Source: Lama glama | Taxonomy: Eukaryota | Reading direction: 5' to 3' | DNA: 64,000 nt | Assembly: GCA_028534125.1 (NCBI GenBank) | Contig: CM052818.1 | Coordinates: forward strand, 374,001-438,000 | Shown: positions 1 through 11,710 of the stretch, piece by piece | How the letters are laid out: the number at the start of each line of letters is the position of its first letter | Numbering within the stretch: position 1 is the first letter of the stretch | Notes under the pieces: model-generated | Told to the model about the DNA's origin: nothing | Database searches by the model: none | Seen by the model: the letters and a program-made list of their open reading frames with translations, nothing else | Made by a program: the position numbers and the translations under genes

Positions 1-1331
1 TAATGACATCATCAAGGAAAGCGTTGTGGTTGCATGGAGGAAAGGAAGCTAGAAAGTCTTCCTGTTTTTTCTCCTGCTCATGTACTTTCAGACAAGGGTG
101 ATAAGCAGGGACCCATGGAGAACCTCAGGAATCCACTTTTAGAGGTCACGCAGTAGGGACATGAGGAGTCAGGACAACTGCACAGAGAGGAGGAGGAACA
201 TAGGAGAAAATTCACAGTAACTCCAAGTGTGGGTTGGGAGTCCACTCATTCATTCAACAAAGATCTGCTAAGTATTTATTATATGTCAAACACTATACTT
301 GGTGTTGGTGGATGTAAATAAGAAAAACATATGTTTACCTTTATGAAATGACTAATTTTATGTCCAGAGAAGCAGAAGAACTAACACAGTAGGTTAAAAA
401 GGAACCCTGACTTCTGAGTCACAAGTTAAATAAATTCCCAATACACTCACGGTGGGCTTTCCCTGATACTAGTTCATGCCACGCCGGGCAGTTCAATGAG
501 ACGTGGAAACTCTCTCATCATTTTTATATTTGTCAAATACCTTCCCCATCTATTCCTTTTTCAGTCAAACAGAAACAATTTTCAGTTTCCAGGCTGAAAT
601 TCTGACCTTGCTCATCCAGGCTATTTTTTTGGTTGTGATGCTGTGAGTGTCTTATTGGCATTTAGTTGGTGGGGGTAATGGATGTTAGACATCTTGCTAA
701 ATTCGGCATAGTCCTACAAATATGTCTCACATCCTCAATGACTTTTGAATAACCTAGTCAACATTCAAAAAAACTGTTGGTAATTACCTAAGCCTCAGAA
801 CCTAACTGTATTTTACAAATAAACACAAAGCTTTTGTGTGTGTGTGTGGCAGTTTTAATGTACATTAAGTTTTCCAGGATATTAACCACCTTATCAACCT
901 AGTGAAGACTGTACTTTGTTTTATTTGGAAATCTAGTAAGAGCTGTTCACTCTCACGGCAACTCCTGCCACTAACACAATATAATCCACCTAAATCAGTC
1001 TGCATTTGCAGTTTTTGCATTTGTGGTGCAAGCAACTGATTATCTCTTTATTTCTGGTATAGTCATGCCCAAATATTTACACATTGAAATACATATTACT
1101 TTATTATAAATTATTTTATCTATTCTTTGTTTATAGTTAGAGTATTATATTGATTTTTTTCCTTTAAAATTAAGTTATATTTATCTATGAATTTCATTTC
1201 AGAATAACAAAGCGGGGTATTACAAAGTATTTGCTATAAAAAGAAAAAATGGAGCATGAGAGGATTGAGAACCAGGGGTCTATATGGTGAATTCAGAGCT
1301 CTGAAAGAATACTGAATTAACTTTTGCTTAC

Positions 1332-1407
1332 CTTTTTCAAAGGAACTTTGAAAGCAATGAAACGAGTCCCAGGCATCCGCTGTCCAACTGGGAGATAGTC
1401 TTTCCAC
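1332..1407 (-). CDS. DUSP11: DUSP11 coding exon 2 (76 nt); gene continues beyond the window start
   Basis: Reverse strand reads taatag|G TGG AAA GAC ... TTG AAA AAG|gtaagc = (R)WKDYLPVGQRMPGTRFIAFKVPLKK, matching the RNA 5'-triphosphatase DUSP11/PIR1. Phase matches exon 1. Confidence 0.96.
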
Positions 1408-2714
1408 CTATTAACACATTCTTTGTTAGCAAATGTTATGGTAGCCTATCTCCCTAAATAGGATGGAGGCTCCTTGAAAATGGAAATCACAGCTCTGGAC
1501 AGTAGGTCCCCTCTTCTTTCTGCTTTGCATTTTGCTGCTCCACTTATTCAACCCCACCTAGTAACAGCCTATACTTCCCTTCGTCCTGTTTCCCCATCGT
1601 GAAAACAGATGAAAGGCAACAAGACAGTGCAAAGGTCTCAACCAACAAGGTACTATCTAAAACCAGAGATGGCCAGAACTTCTGTATCCCTCATAAAACC
1701 TAGCTCAGTCCTGAATGCTAAGATATCATTAATACATGCATGTTGACCAAAATACTTAAAAATTCAATTCTTTCACTTCACAGTTGACTTTCAGTCCTCA
1801 TCCAACTAATGCCATCAAACTCAATAGCTAGGAAACTAAGTTTATATCTTAAAAGAAAATCTGACAGAAAAGGGATTGTGAACTTCACTTAATGCTAGGA
1901 ATCACAGTGAAAAGTAATATTGGAACTGACTTCTGTTAGGATGAGTTAGAACAAAGGTTAATTCAGTGTAACAGAAGCACAGAAAGTGAGGACAGAAGTG
2001 GCACAAGATGAGGCTAGAGATGCAGAGAGGATTCTAAACTGTGAGGTCTTAAAGCCCAAGAGTTTTTATTTATTATTATTATTCTTAAAACAATGTTTTT
2101 GAGCGATGTTTATGAGCAATATTCCAACTTGCCAATTAAAAACATTTCTTGGGTGAAGAATGGATTGGAATGAAACAGAAGTAGATATATGGACACTAGT
2201 TAGGGCCTAACTGCAATTGACAGGCAAATTCAGGACGAGGATGCTGATGGACAGTTGACAGATTCGAAAGAAATTCAGGAGATAAACCGAAGCGGACTTA
2301 ACGGGGTGTGAGACGGTGGAAAGGAAGATATCAAGGAATAAAAAGCTCACTGCACATACAAGCAGTCTCAGAATTAATCATTTGAATGTACAGAGGTAGC
2401 TCTCTCAAGTGACACTGGTTAGAAAGCAACCCTCTGTGATTCCCAAAACACAATAAATCAACTTTTTTCTTGGAAAATTCGGCGGTACCGGTGGGTTTTT
2501 CTCCACTCAAACGTAGTTATTACTCACATTTTCTGTGCCAAAATAACACACCTTGAGGAACTGAAGGGGACCCAATTTTGGTAAATAAGGGGTATCCTCA
2601 ACACTGACAGTCCCATCTGAAAAAGCAATCCCTCTGCATTTTACCCAAGGAACAATGGCCAGCACCTCGCTTTAAAACGATGGGGAGAAATCAGAAAATC
2701 AGACTCTCCTTCTC

Positions 2715-3245
2715 AGCTACCGTGAACCCAGCCGCCAGAGGGTCAATGTCCCCGAGCGCAGGGCGGCCGGGCCAAGCCCGCCGGGGGAAAGAGCGGCAGG
2801 CAGAGCGCACGAAAGGTGAAGCGCAGCCCAGGAGCTAAGCGCTGGAAGGGCCACACCCGGGGTCCAAGGCGTATTACCTTTCGGGGATGTGGTTTCCGCC
2901 CTTCTTCTTGGCAGAGGAATTTCCAGGAAACTTGCGTGCCTGGTCCCAGGGCCCCCGGGCATGATGCCATTGGCTCATGTGGCCCCCAAGATGCCGCCGA
3001 CAAAACGCCAAGAGTGCCAAAGTCGCCAGGCCTGGGCCCTCCACGCCAGCTCAGACCCCGAACCGGAAGCACCTAGGCAGCAACCCACGCAGCTCCCAGG
3101 CCTTCTCGCTACTGCGCGTGCGCCAGGGCCCGCCGAGATGACGTCATCACGCCAGCTGCCCGAGAAACTTGATTAGTGAACAGCTCTCTGCGGGCTGCAG
3201 TGCTCTCCTTAGCCAGCGGCTGGTGGGTAGCGCAGGTCTGTGAGT
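2715..3245. promoter_or_regulatory. CpG island / DUSP11 promoter
   Basis: High GC and CpG density. Palindromic CRE GATGACGTCATC at 3137-3148, ETS-like CCGGAAG at 3063-3069, NRF1-like TGCGCGTGCGC at 3113-3123. Confidence 0.85.
2878..2978 (-). CDS. DUSP11: DUSP11 coding exon 1 (101 nt from ATG)
   Basis: ATG at 2978 reads MSQWHHARGPWDQARKFPGNSSAKKKGGNHIPE(R), then donor AG|gtaata; recognisable DUSP11 N-terminus. Confidence 0.95.
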
Positions 3246-6078
3246 TCGTGTGTGTACCCTTCGGAATTCTAGCAGTATAGGACAGGGAAAATGGTCCGTC
3301 TCCCAGTTCCTTGCGTGGTTCTTTCAGACATTTTCCAAGAGCCTACATTCACACTTATTGTATCTCGTATATAAATATTTGTACGTAATGCAGATCCTAT
3401 ATTTTATATAAAAGCAGCATACTATACATGTTCTACAATCTATCTTGGATATTGATTTTTTTCTAGTAAACTGCTTATATGCATTCTATTCTTTTAGTGG
3501 CTTTGTAGTATCTCACTGGTTATAAGAATCATAATTTATATAATCAGTACAATGTTGATGGACTTTGCATTTTTTCATTTTTTTTGGTCCTCTGTTACAG
3601 ATAGGCTGCAATGTGAACATCTTTGTACATGTATACAACTATATCTAAATTTCTATAAGTAGAATTGCTGGAATGAAGGCGATGCAAACTTAAAATTTTG
3701 GAAGATACTGCCTTATTACCCTCCAAGAATATTATATCAACCTACACTCTCACTTACAGTGAAACTTTTATTAGGTTCCTGTCATGTGCCTGGTATCACA
3801 CTAGAGGTGGACAGCATGTATTTATGTTTGCAAAAAAAAAAAGCTGAGAGAGTTAACAGTGGAGCTTAAGTCTAAGATTGCCACACAGTATTAGGCATAG
3901 AGATCTGTTAGAAAAAGTATGAATTCTGCCACAAGTGGAACAGCAAAGTACTGCATGTCCTACAGTAGGTCTGATGGTAAAATAGAGTACTAAATTCCAG
4001 ATTAAACTGCAGATAAATACAATAGCAATTTTTTTGTTAGTTTACCTTTTAGTTTCAAATTTCTGGAAGCATCTTACATACACTGTTAGTAATCTTCACA
4101 ACCATTTGAGAGCTGGGTAAACCAAGGGTCAGGAAGAGCAGAATTACTGAATAAATGAATGAATGAATATGAAAGATCACTGGCTTTAGCATCTTTGGGA
4201 GAGTCATATTCTCACCAAGTTTAAATCCACAAGCATTTACAATTCTGAAAACTTCCACATAATTAAAAACGGGTCAATATTAGTAAACTGATATTTGGAA
4301 AAAAAGACATACGTTAGCACAGCAGTTTGCAAACTCACAATTAGGCACATTCAAATCTGGTGCTAAATCATAAAATATTCATCTGAAATTTGTGAAAAAA
4401 ATCTAAGGCATATGATGGCCAAAAAGTACAAATGATACAAATATGTATAAGAAATGACAATATCCAAAACGCGATATAACTCTTTCAGAAACTAGAGAAG
4501 CTATACTGGTCTTATACTTCCAATTTGCTAAAATATATGAGCATGGAGTGGGAATAAACTCAGTCATAGTTATAATACAAAAAGCCAAACCTAGGCATAA
4601 CAGTGTTTCCAGAAAGTATGGAAACTAGTAAAGAATAGGCCTTTGGATGGGAGTGGGGTCAACATGAGGCAAAAGAATGCCTTCATGTGTATGTAGTACA
4701 CTGGAATGGAAAATATAGGTGCACTGGACAGCTGAGTATTTGATACTAACAAAACCTACCAGTATCTGGTAGGGCTCCAGGTACCACGTAGGGTTTGAGG
4801 GATTCCAGTATTTAATTAAATCAAAACTTGCCAATGGGAAGAGTAAGGGAGAGCCTCAGGGGTAGATGGACTAGGTCTGTTACACCAAGACATGTGTCAG
4901 TTACCCTGATGGGTACAAAATGCACGAAGTGGATCTATGGGACGAAACAATACCCTAACTATAAAAATTAGGCTTTAAGTCAGGGCAGGGCTTGATGCTA
5001 AGTTCCAAAGTGTTGAACTGGAACGCTTTAGTTTCTTCCTCCTATATGTAAGATTCTTTTAGAAGTTAAGATGATGCTGAGCATCCAAGCTAACGTTCAA
5101 TGACTAGAATTAGAGAGAGTGAGTAAGTTGTACAGGCTTGGAACCAGGAAGGGCCTAACTAAGGGTTTGCCTAAATAGAATTAAACGTTTGAATTGAATA
5201 CTTTAATATGTAAACATTTTACTGCTATCAACATTAGTCTAACCATACTTCTCCCCAATCTCACACCACCTACCCTAACCTGCAGTAGCTATGAATTCCC
5301 CTGATTTCCGTGGCAATATAGAGAAAAGACAGACTGATGTGGGTTGCAGGAATTTAGTATATGTTTTTAGCCTCACATTACATACTAGTATCAGGGTAGT
5401 GTACCATCTAGAGTATGAAGCTTAGGGTAAAAAATACCTTGGAAAAAACTTAAAAGCTCGAGCCATACCTCTACACGGCAATGAATTTCACAATTTCTTC
5501 TCAGATAAATATCATTCTTTGTCACTGAAAAAAACTCATATCTCATAATAGGAAAAACAGGACTATGAATTAAATATGTGTCTGGAGGTCCCATCTATGA
5601 GCTATCTTCTTGGTACTAAGAAAGTCCCCAGACAAATCGACCTGTGCACCCCTGAAAGCTTACCACCAATGAAAGTGACTAGGTCCATAGATTTCCTCAC
5701 TTAAACCAGCTTACTCCACATATAGATCCTTAGAAACTCAGCCATAACTCACGTTGTCACAGTGGCAAGAGTGGTTAGTGACAAAAGCACTAACCGGGGC
5801 AACAAAAACGGAGCAATCCAGGCCAAGTCGGGCTGACAGCCGATATCTGCCCCTTACGCTTGGGTGCACAGTGCAACTCATCACGGTGCCTTTTTCACAG
5901 ACCCCTTTTTAAGTTTCCCCGTAAAAATCCATCAGATTAAGTTAATTCACGATGCTTCAAAATAAACAACTGTCAAGAGAAAAACATGCAATATGTCTTA
6001 CAATGTCAGATTCCTTGAAAATATGACAAAGACAGAACCATGTAGAAGAAACCAGAGCAATGAAAAACAATCTGTGTT

Positions 6079-6400
6079 AGACATAGAAAACCGACTTATG
6101 ATTACCAGAGGGGAAGGAGGTGGGAAGAGATAAACCGGGAGCTCAAGATTTGCAGATACTGACTGGTATATTAAAACAGATGAACAAGTTTATACTGTAT
6201 AGCACAGGGAACTATATTCGCTATCTTGTAGTAGCTTATGGTGAAAAAGAATATGAAAATGAATGAATATATGAAAATATGTATATTTATGTATGATTGA
6301 AGCAATGTGCTGTACACCAGAAATTGACACAACGCTGTAAACTGACTATACTTCAATAAAGAAATAAATATTTAACCTTCTTTGCCATTAAAAAAAAAAA
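6079..6400 (+). mobile_element. 5'-truncated L1 3' end (artiodactyl-type 3'UTR) with A-tail
   Basis: Typical L1 3'UTR (actgtatagcacagggaactatatt ... actgactatacttcaataaa) and an A-run at about 6389-6401. Confidence 0.8.
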
Positions 6401-8783
6401 ACCTTTCATTGAAGTGGGTATAGAAGAAAAGTACCTCGACATCATAAAGCCCATAGGTGACAAGCCCACAGCTAACATCACACTCAACAGTTAAAAGCTG
6501 AGAGCTTGCGATTAAGCAAAAGGATAAAGAAAAAAAGGCATCCAAAGCAGAAAGAAAGAAGTAAAACTGTCACTATTTGCAGATTACATGGTATTACATA
6601 TGGAAAACCCTTAAGACTCCATCAAAAAAAAACAACCTTGTTATAACTAATAAAAAATTCAGGATACAAAACACTGTTGTGTTTCTATTCAATAATAATA
6701 AACTATCAGAAAGAGAAATTAAGAGAGCAATTCCATTTACAATTGCATTAAAAAGAATAAAAGACTTAGGAATAAATTTGGAAATTACCTGTACACTGTA
6801 AACTGTACAATATTGATGAAAAATACTGAAGAAGGCACAAATAAACTTAAAAGTATTTCACGCTTATAGATTGGAATAATAATACTTTAAAAATGTTCAT
6901 ACTATTCAAAGCAAACTACAGATTCAATGCAATCCTTATCAAATTTCCAATGGCGTTTTCCTCAGAAATAGAACAAACAATCCTAAAATTTGTATGGAAC
7001 CACAAGACCCCAAATAGCCAAAGCAACCTTGATAAAGAAGAACAAAGCTGGAAGCACTATGCTCCCTGGTTTCAAACAAAGCAACAGCAGTCAAGACAGT
7101 ATGGTATTGGCATTAAAAACAAACACATATGGAGGAAGCCAACTCCACGGATGGCGGTATAGGAAAAGGGGCAGCTCTGAAGGATGTAATTTGCGGTCAT
7201 ATTGAATTGAGTCAGTCACGTGAGTTGCATTCCCTTTGGACTTACTGCAGTATTAAAGAATAAATTTTCATATTGCTAAAACAAACAAACACATAGATCA
7301 ATGGAAGAGAACAAAGAATACAGAAATAAGCTGACACTTGTATGGTCAATTAATTTATGACAAAGCAGCCAAGAATATACAAAGGAGAAAGGACAGTCTC
7401 TTCAACAAATGGTGTTGAGAAAACTGAACAGTCACACGCAGAAGAATGAAACTGGACCACTATCTTATGCCATACACAAAAATTGTCTCAAACTGGATTA
7501 AAGAATTGAATGTAAAACTTGAAGCCATATAACTCCTACAAGGAAACATAGGTGGCAAGTTCATTCACATAGGTTTTGACAGTGATTTTTTTTAGTATGA
7601 CACTAAAAGCAAAAGCAACAAAAGCAAAAAGCAAAAAGTGAGACTACATGAAACAGAAAAGCTTCTGTATAGTAAAGGAAATCATCAACGAAATGAAAAG
7701 GCAAATGGCTGGGAAAAAGCTTTTGCAAACTGTTTTTGATAAGGGATTAATATCAAAAATATGTAAAGAACTAAAAAAAAATCATCAGCCAAAACACAAG
7801 CGACTCAATTTAAAAACAGGCAGATCTGAATAGATATTTTCCATAGATGACATACAGATGGTCAATCAGTACATGAAAACAGGCTCAACACCACTAACCA
7901 TCAGGGAAATGCAAACCAAAACCAAAGATCAGCTCATATCTGTTAGAACGGCTGTTACCAAAAACGCGAACTAACAAATGCTGGTGAGGATGTGGAGAAA
8001 AGGGATCACTGTACATTGTTTTTGGGTAAGTAAATTGGTGCAAACACTATGGAGGTTCCTCAAAAATTGAAAATAGAACCACAATATGATTCAGCAATTC
8101 CGCTTTTTGGGTGTATATCTGAAAAGAATGAAAACACTAAATTGAAAGAACATATATGCACTCTCATGCTCATTGCAGCATTATTTATAATAACCCAGAA
8201 AAGGAAACAATCTAAGACCTAATTGTCCATCAGTGGGTGGATGGCTTAAGAAAATGTGATATATATACATACACAATGAAATATTATTAAGCCATAAAAA
8301 GAATGAAACCTTGCCATTTGCTACAATATGGGTAGACCTTGAGGGCATCATGTTATATGAGATAAGGCAGAGAAAGACCAATACTAAATCTCATAGACAC
8401 AGAGAATAGATTGGTGTTTGCCAAAGGTTGGGGTCAGGCGAGGTGGTCAGTATGGGTGATGGGACTCAAAGTGTACTCTCCTAGTTATAAAATAAATAAG
8501 TTGTTGGGATGTAATGTACAGCATGGTGACTATAATTAATAATACTGTGTTGCATACTTGAAAGTTGCTAAAAAACTAGATCTAAAGTTCTCAATACAAG
8601 AAAAAACAATTCTGTAACTACGTGTGGTGACAGCTGTTAACTAGACTTACTGAGTTAATCTTTCTGCAATACATGCAAATATTGAATCATTATGTTGTAA
8701 AAGTGAAACGAATATAATGTTATGTGTCAAAAACCTCAATAAAAAGTTTTAATTAGATTTTAAAAAGTAAGAAATAAAAAAAT
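6401..8783 (+). mobile_element. Degraded L1 ORF2 3' half plus 3'UTR (L1MA-like), A-rich tail
   Basis: ORF2 peptide fragments ([14 protein letters not shown]...[24 protein letters not shown]), 3'UTR motifs and AATAAA with A-rich tail; many stops. Confidence 0.92.
7130..7282 (+). pseudogene. Short retrocopy of an unidentified mRNA 3' end inserted in the L1
   Basis: Non-L1 segment with AATAAA at 7259-7264, flanked by 13-bp direct repeat AAACAAACACATA (7117-7129, 7283-7295) at a TT/AAAA site. Confidence 0.7.
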
Positions 8784-10084
8784 AAAAACAATCTGTGTTT
8801 GATAAACATACCAGTGAATGATATAAATAAGGTAATAAGACATAAAACAAAGTAAAAAATACATGTAAGATTGTTCTCTTTAGTGTACAGAATTCATGGC
8901 AGTTGCTGCACTATCTAGCTGCATAAATATATCTAAATCTGTATCTCTATCTGTCTGTCAATTGGCTGTTCTGTTAATACAAAATGAGACCAAAATGTGT
9001 CAACTTATTTTTCATAGAAACTGAAAAATCCACATGAACCTCTTTTTTCCTGTGCCCTTTCCTGCTCCCTTGCCTGCTCCCTATTTGCCACTGAATGTCC
9101 TCCTCCTTTCTAATTATTCTCCTCTTCATTTGGCCTGGCCTTGCATCCAAGCATGCAAGGCAGAGAATCCTAGAGGTCCAAGATTCTATAATGGCTGTTT
9201 GCAAGAGGGAGGAGGCCACAGTAACTGCCACACTGGATATACTTATGTGAGAAGGGGAAGGGACAGTATCTAGAATGCTTCTCACATGTAAAAAAGCTGG
9301 ATGGCAGGATGCCTGGGTGGCCCAAGGAGACAGAGATGGCAAATTATGAGCAAAAGAATTGTAGCCAAAGGCTGGAAGAGGGAAGGTTTGCAACCAGCTG
9401 TGTCTTCTAGCTCTCTGGTATTTACTTTCAGTGGACAGTCTATTCTGTGAAGCATGAAGCACTAAAAAGAAGACCCTGCTGCTGGAAGTTGACAGAAGTA
9501 ACAGCCATGAGAGTAAGAATGCAAGATCAAGGCTTGTCCCAGAAACAATGCCTAGAAAGAAAGAGAGGAAGAGAGAAAGAAAGAAAAGAGGAGATCAGAA
9601 AAGAAATGTGTGTCCAATCTGGCCCAGCCCAGCCCAGCCCAAGGAAGGTAGGATTCAAGGAGAAGAAACGGAAAGAGCAGAGCCTCGGACCACTTCATTC
9701 TCCACAATATACACTCAACAAACTTCACCCTACTCTTTAACCAAGTTACAAAAAGAGCTCCTTAATCCCTTCTTTTGCTCCTAAAAAGCTGCAGTAAGTT
9801 CACTAATCAGATAAACTGATATGATTTCAGAACAACTGTAATTGTTCAAACCAGAGGCTCTTTCCTTTCTCTCTAAGGAAATTAATAAAGTGTATATAAT
9901 TATACATATATAATATATAAGATATAATACTGTATGGAATATAAGTAACTATTACCAATTGTAATAATGAACATCTATAAGAAATGTTGAGATGATTTCC
10001 CTAACATAAGAGCCTGGAAGAAAGTAAATCTGTCTTGTAGGATTTCACTTCCCCAGAGCTCAGAAATTTAGCTGTTGCATTCTC

Positions 10085-10270
10085 TCTGCCCAATCACATC
10101 TTCTTGTTGGGAATCTGACTTCCCTATTGGCTATCTCATACCTTTAAACTACCTGTTCTGTGACATCATTCTCCCACCAAACCTACTACCACCTGGTAGA
10201 ATCTTGGGGTTTCCATGGAGCTGTCTGTAAACAAGTTTGGATCATCGCAAGTGACCAGTGACCAGTGACC
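10085..10270 (+). promoter_or_regulatory. Putative C2orf78 proximal promoter / 5' leader
   Basis: CCAAT near 10090, inverted ATTGG near 10126, CRE-like TGACATCA at 10161-10168, immediately upstream of coding exon 1; not a CpG island. Confidence 0.45.
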
Positions 10271-10286
10271 GGTTCATACTGGACAC

Positions 10287-10383
10287 ATGTGCTCTTTGGC
10301 TTCAGCCACTCAGCCATCCTCTAGTACTGTATCCTCGTCTCTTATATCTGCAGTGGATATTTCTTCTTCTCTGACCATTTCAG
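10287..10383 (+). CDS. C2orf78: C2orf78 orthologue coding exon 1 (97 nt)
   Basis: MCSLASATQPSSSTVSSSLISAVDISSSLTIS followed by CAG|gtaagg; phase 1 joins exon 2 as E-NFQN. Confidence 0.85.
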
Positions 10384-11584
10384 GTAAGGAAAGAAACTTC
10401 TAAAAGTTCTTCATTAGATATTTTTTTGCCCTAAATTTAGTAGTAGATTCAAAACAGCATGGAATAATGGGGCGGGGTATTGAGCTAGAAATTTGAAGAC
10501 TTAATTTCAGTTTTGACTTCAGTTTCTGCTAGGCTTAATATCTCTTACTTGCTAGGTAATATTCAGAAAACTGTGAATGAGCTCAGACATTTACCACCTG
10601 CGTGACTTTGGATAAGTCATTGATCCTCAAAGTCAGTTTTCCCTCGTCTGTTATGTTAGGATATTACATTGGTTGGTCTCTCTGGTCCCTTTCTTCTCTA
10701 ATATTAAGGCTTAAAGGGCACCTGTGTAGAAAATGAAATCAGAGGCTTCTTGAGAGTGTTCCAACAGAAACAGAGAAAACTCAGGTGTTGTAGAAAGCTA
10801 GCAATATATGCCAAGATGTTTCATCTGTAATGGTCTCCCTCCACTAAGGTTTCAAGTTTAGTATTTTAAATTTCATGCTGTTCAAAAAGTACTATTCACA
10901 TGTTTTAGAGTTTTCTATCTAAAGTACTTGAAAAGAAAATAAGGAGAGAGGATGGAGAGGACTGGGCTCTAAGGAGGCGTATAGTCAAAAATAAGGAAGT
11001 TTGGGATTGTTTTTATCAGCACAAGCCAACAGGGACCAAAAGGGAGGAGAAAATATAAAAAGGGAGAGCAAGGAGGCTCTCTCAAGAGAAAAAGCAGTTT
11101 GGTGGGAATGTTGGTAGGAACCAAAGATTTTAAATTAAAGCAGAAAGGGCATAGAGTGAAATCTGCTCAGAACAGGGCAAAACAAAGTTGATTTTTAGTA
11201 AATGCTTATATTAATAGACTAGGAAGGAAAGCAAGGCCAGAATAGGGTATCACTGGGGAAACAGCTCATCAGCAAAGTCAGACTCAGTGTTTTTCTTTTA
11301 TTGCCTCTCTGAACACAGATGGTACTTGACAGTTTTGAACATAAACATTTCTGAAATATATTTTAGAAATGATGCTTCCTGTAAACAGGAAACTAACAAA
11401 AATGGTTATCTAGGGGGCTGATATTCAGTGTTCTTTTCATTCTGATTTTTAAACTATGTAGATGTTTGGCCTATTAAAAATAAAATTTTTAAGGATGGTA
11501 TGATAGGTAGGCTCTCAGGGAAGGCTGCTTTTCATCGTTACAGTTATTTCCTTCTGAACACAGAGAGCACACTGATCAACAGCC

Positions 11585-11710
11585 TTTCTTTTTTTTTTTT
11601 TTTGGTGGGGGAGGTAATTAGGTTTATTTGTTTATTCTTAGAGGAGGTGCTGGGGATTGGACCTCATGCATGCTAAGCATGCCCTCTACCACTTGAGCTA
11701 TACCCTCCCC
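11585..11710 (-). mobile_element. tRNA-derived SINE (Vic-1-like)
   Basis: Reverse strand head GGGGAGGGTATAGCTCAAGTGGTAGAG, T-tail on the plus strand, TSD TCAACAGCC (11576-11584 / 11712-11720). Confidence 0.85.

Noticed and set aside
4440..4510. SIASLVSERVISRFG resembling a hAT dimerisation motif (SERxFS)
   Set aside because: Spacing to the upstream W motif is wrong and there are no TIRs or other transposase motifs; likely chance.
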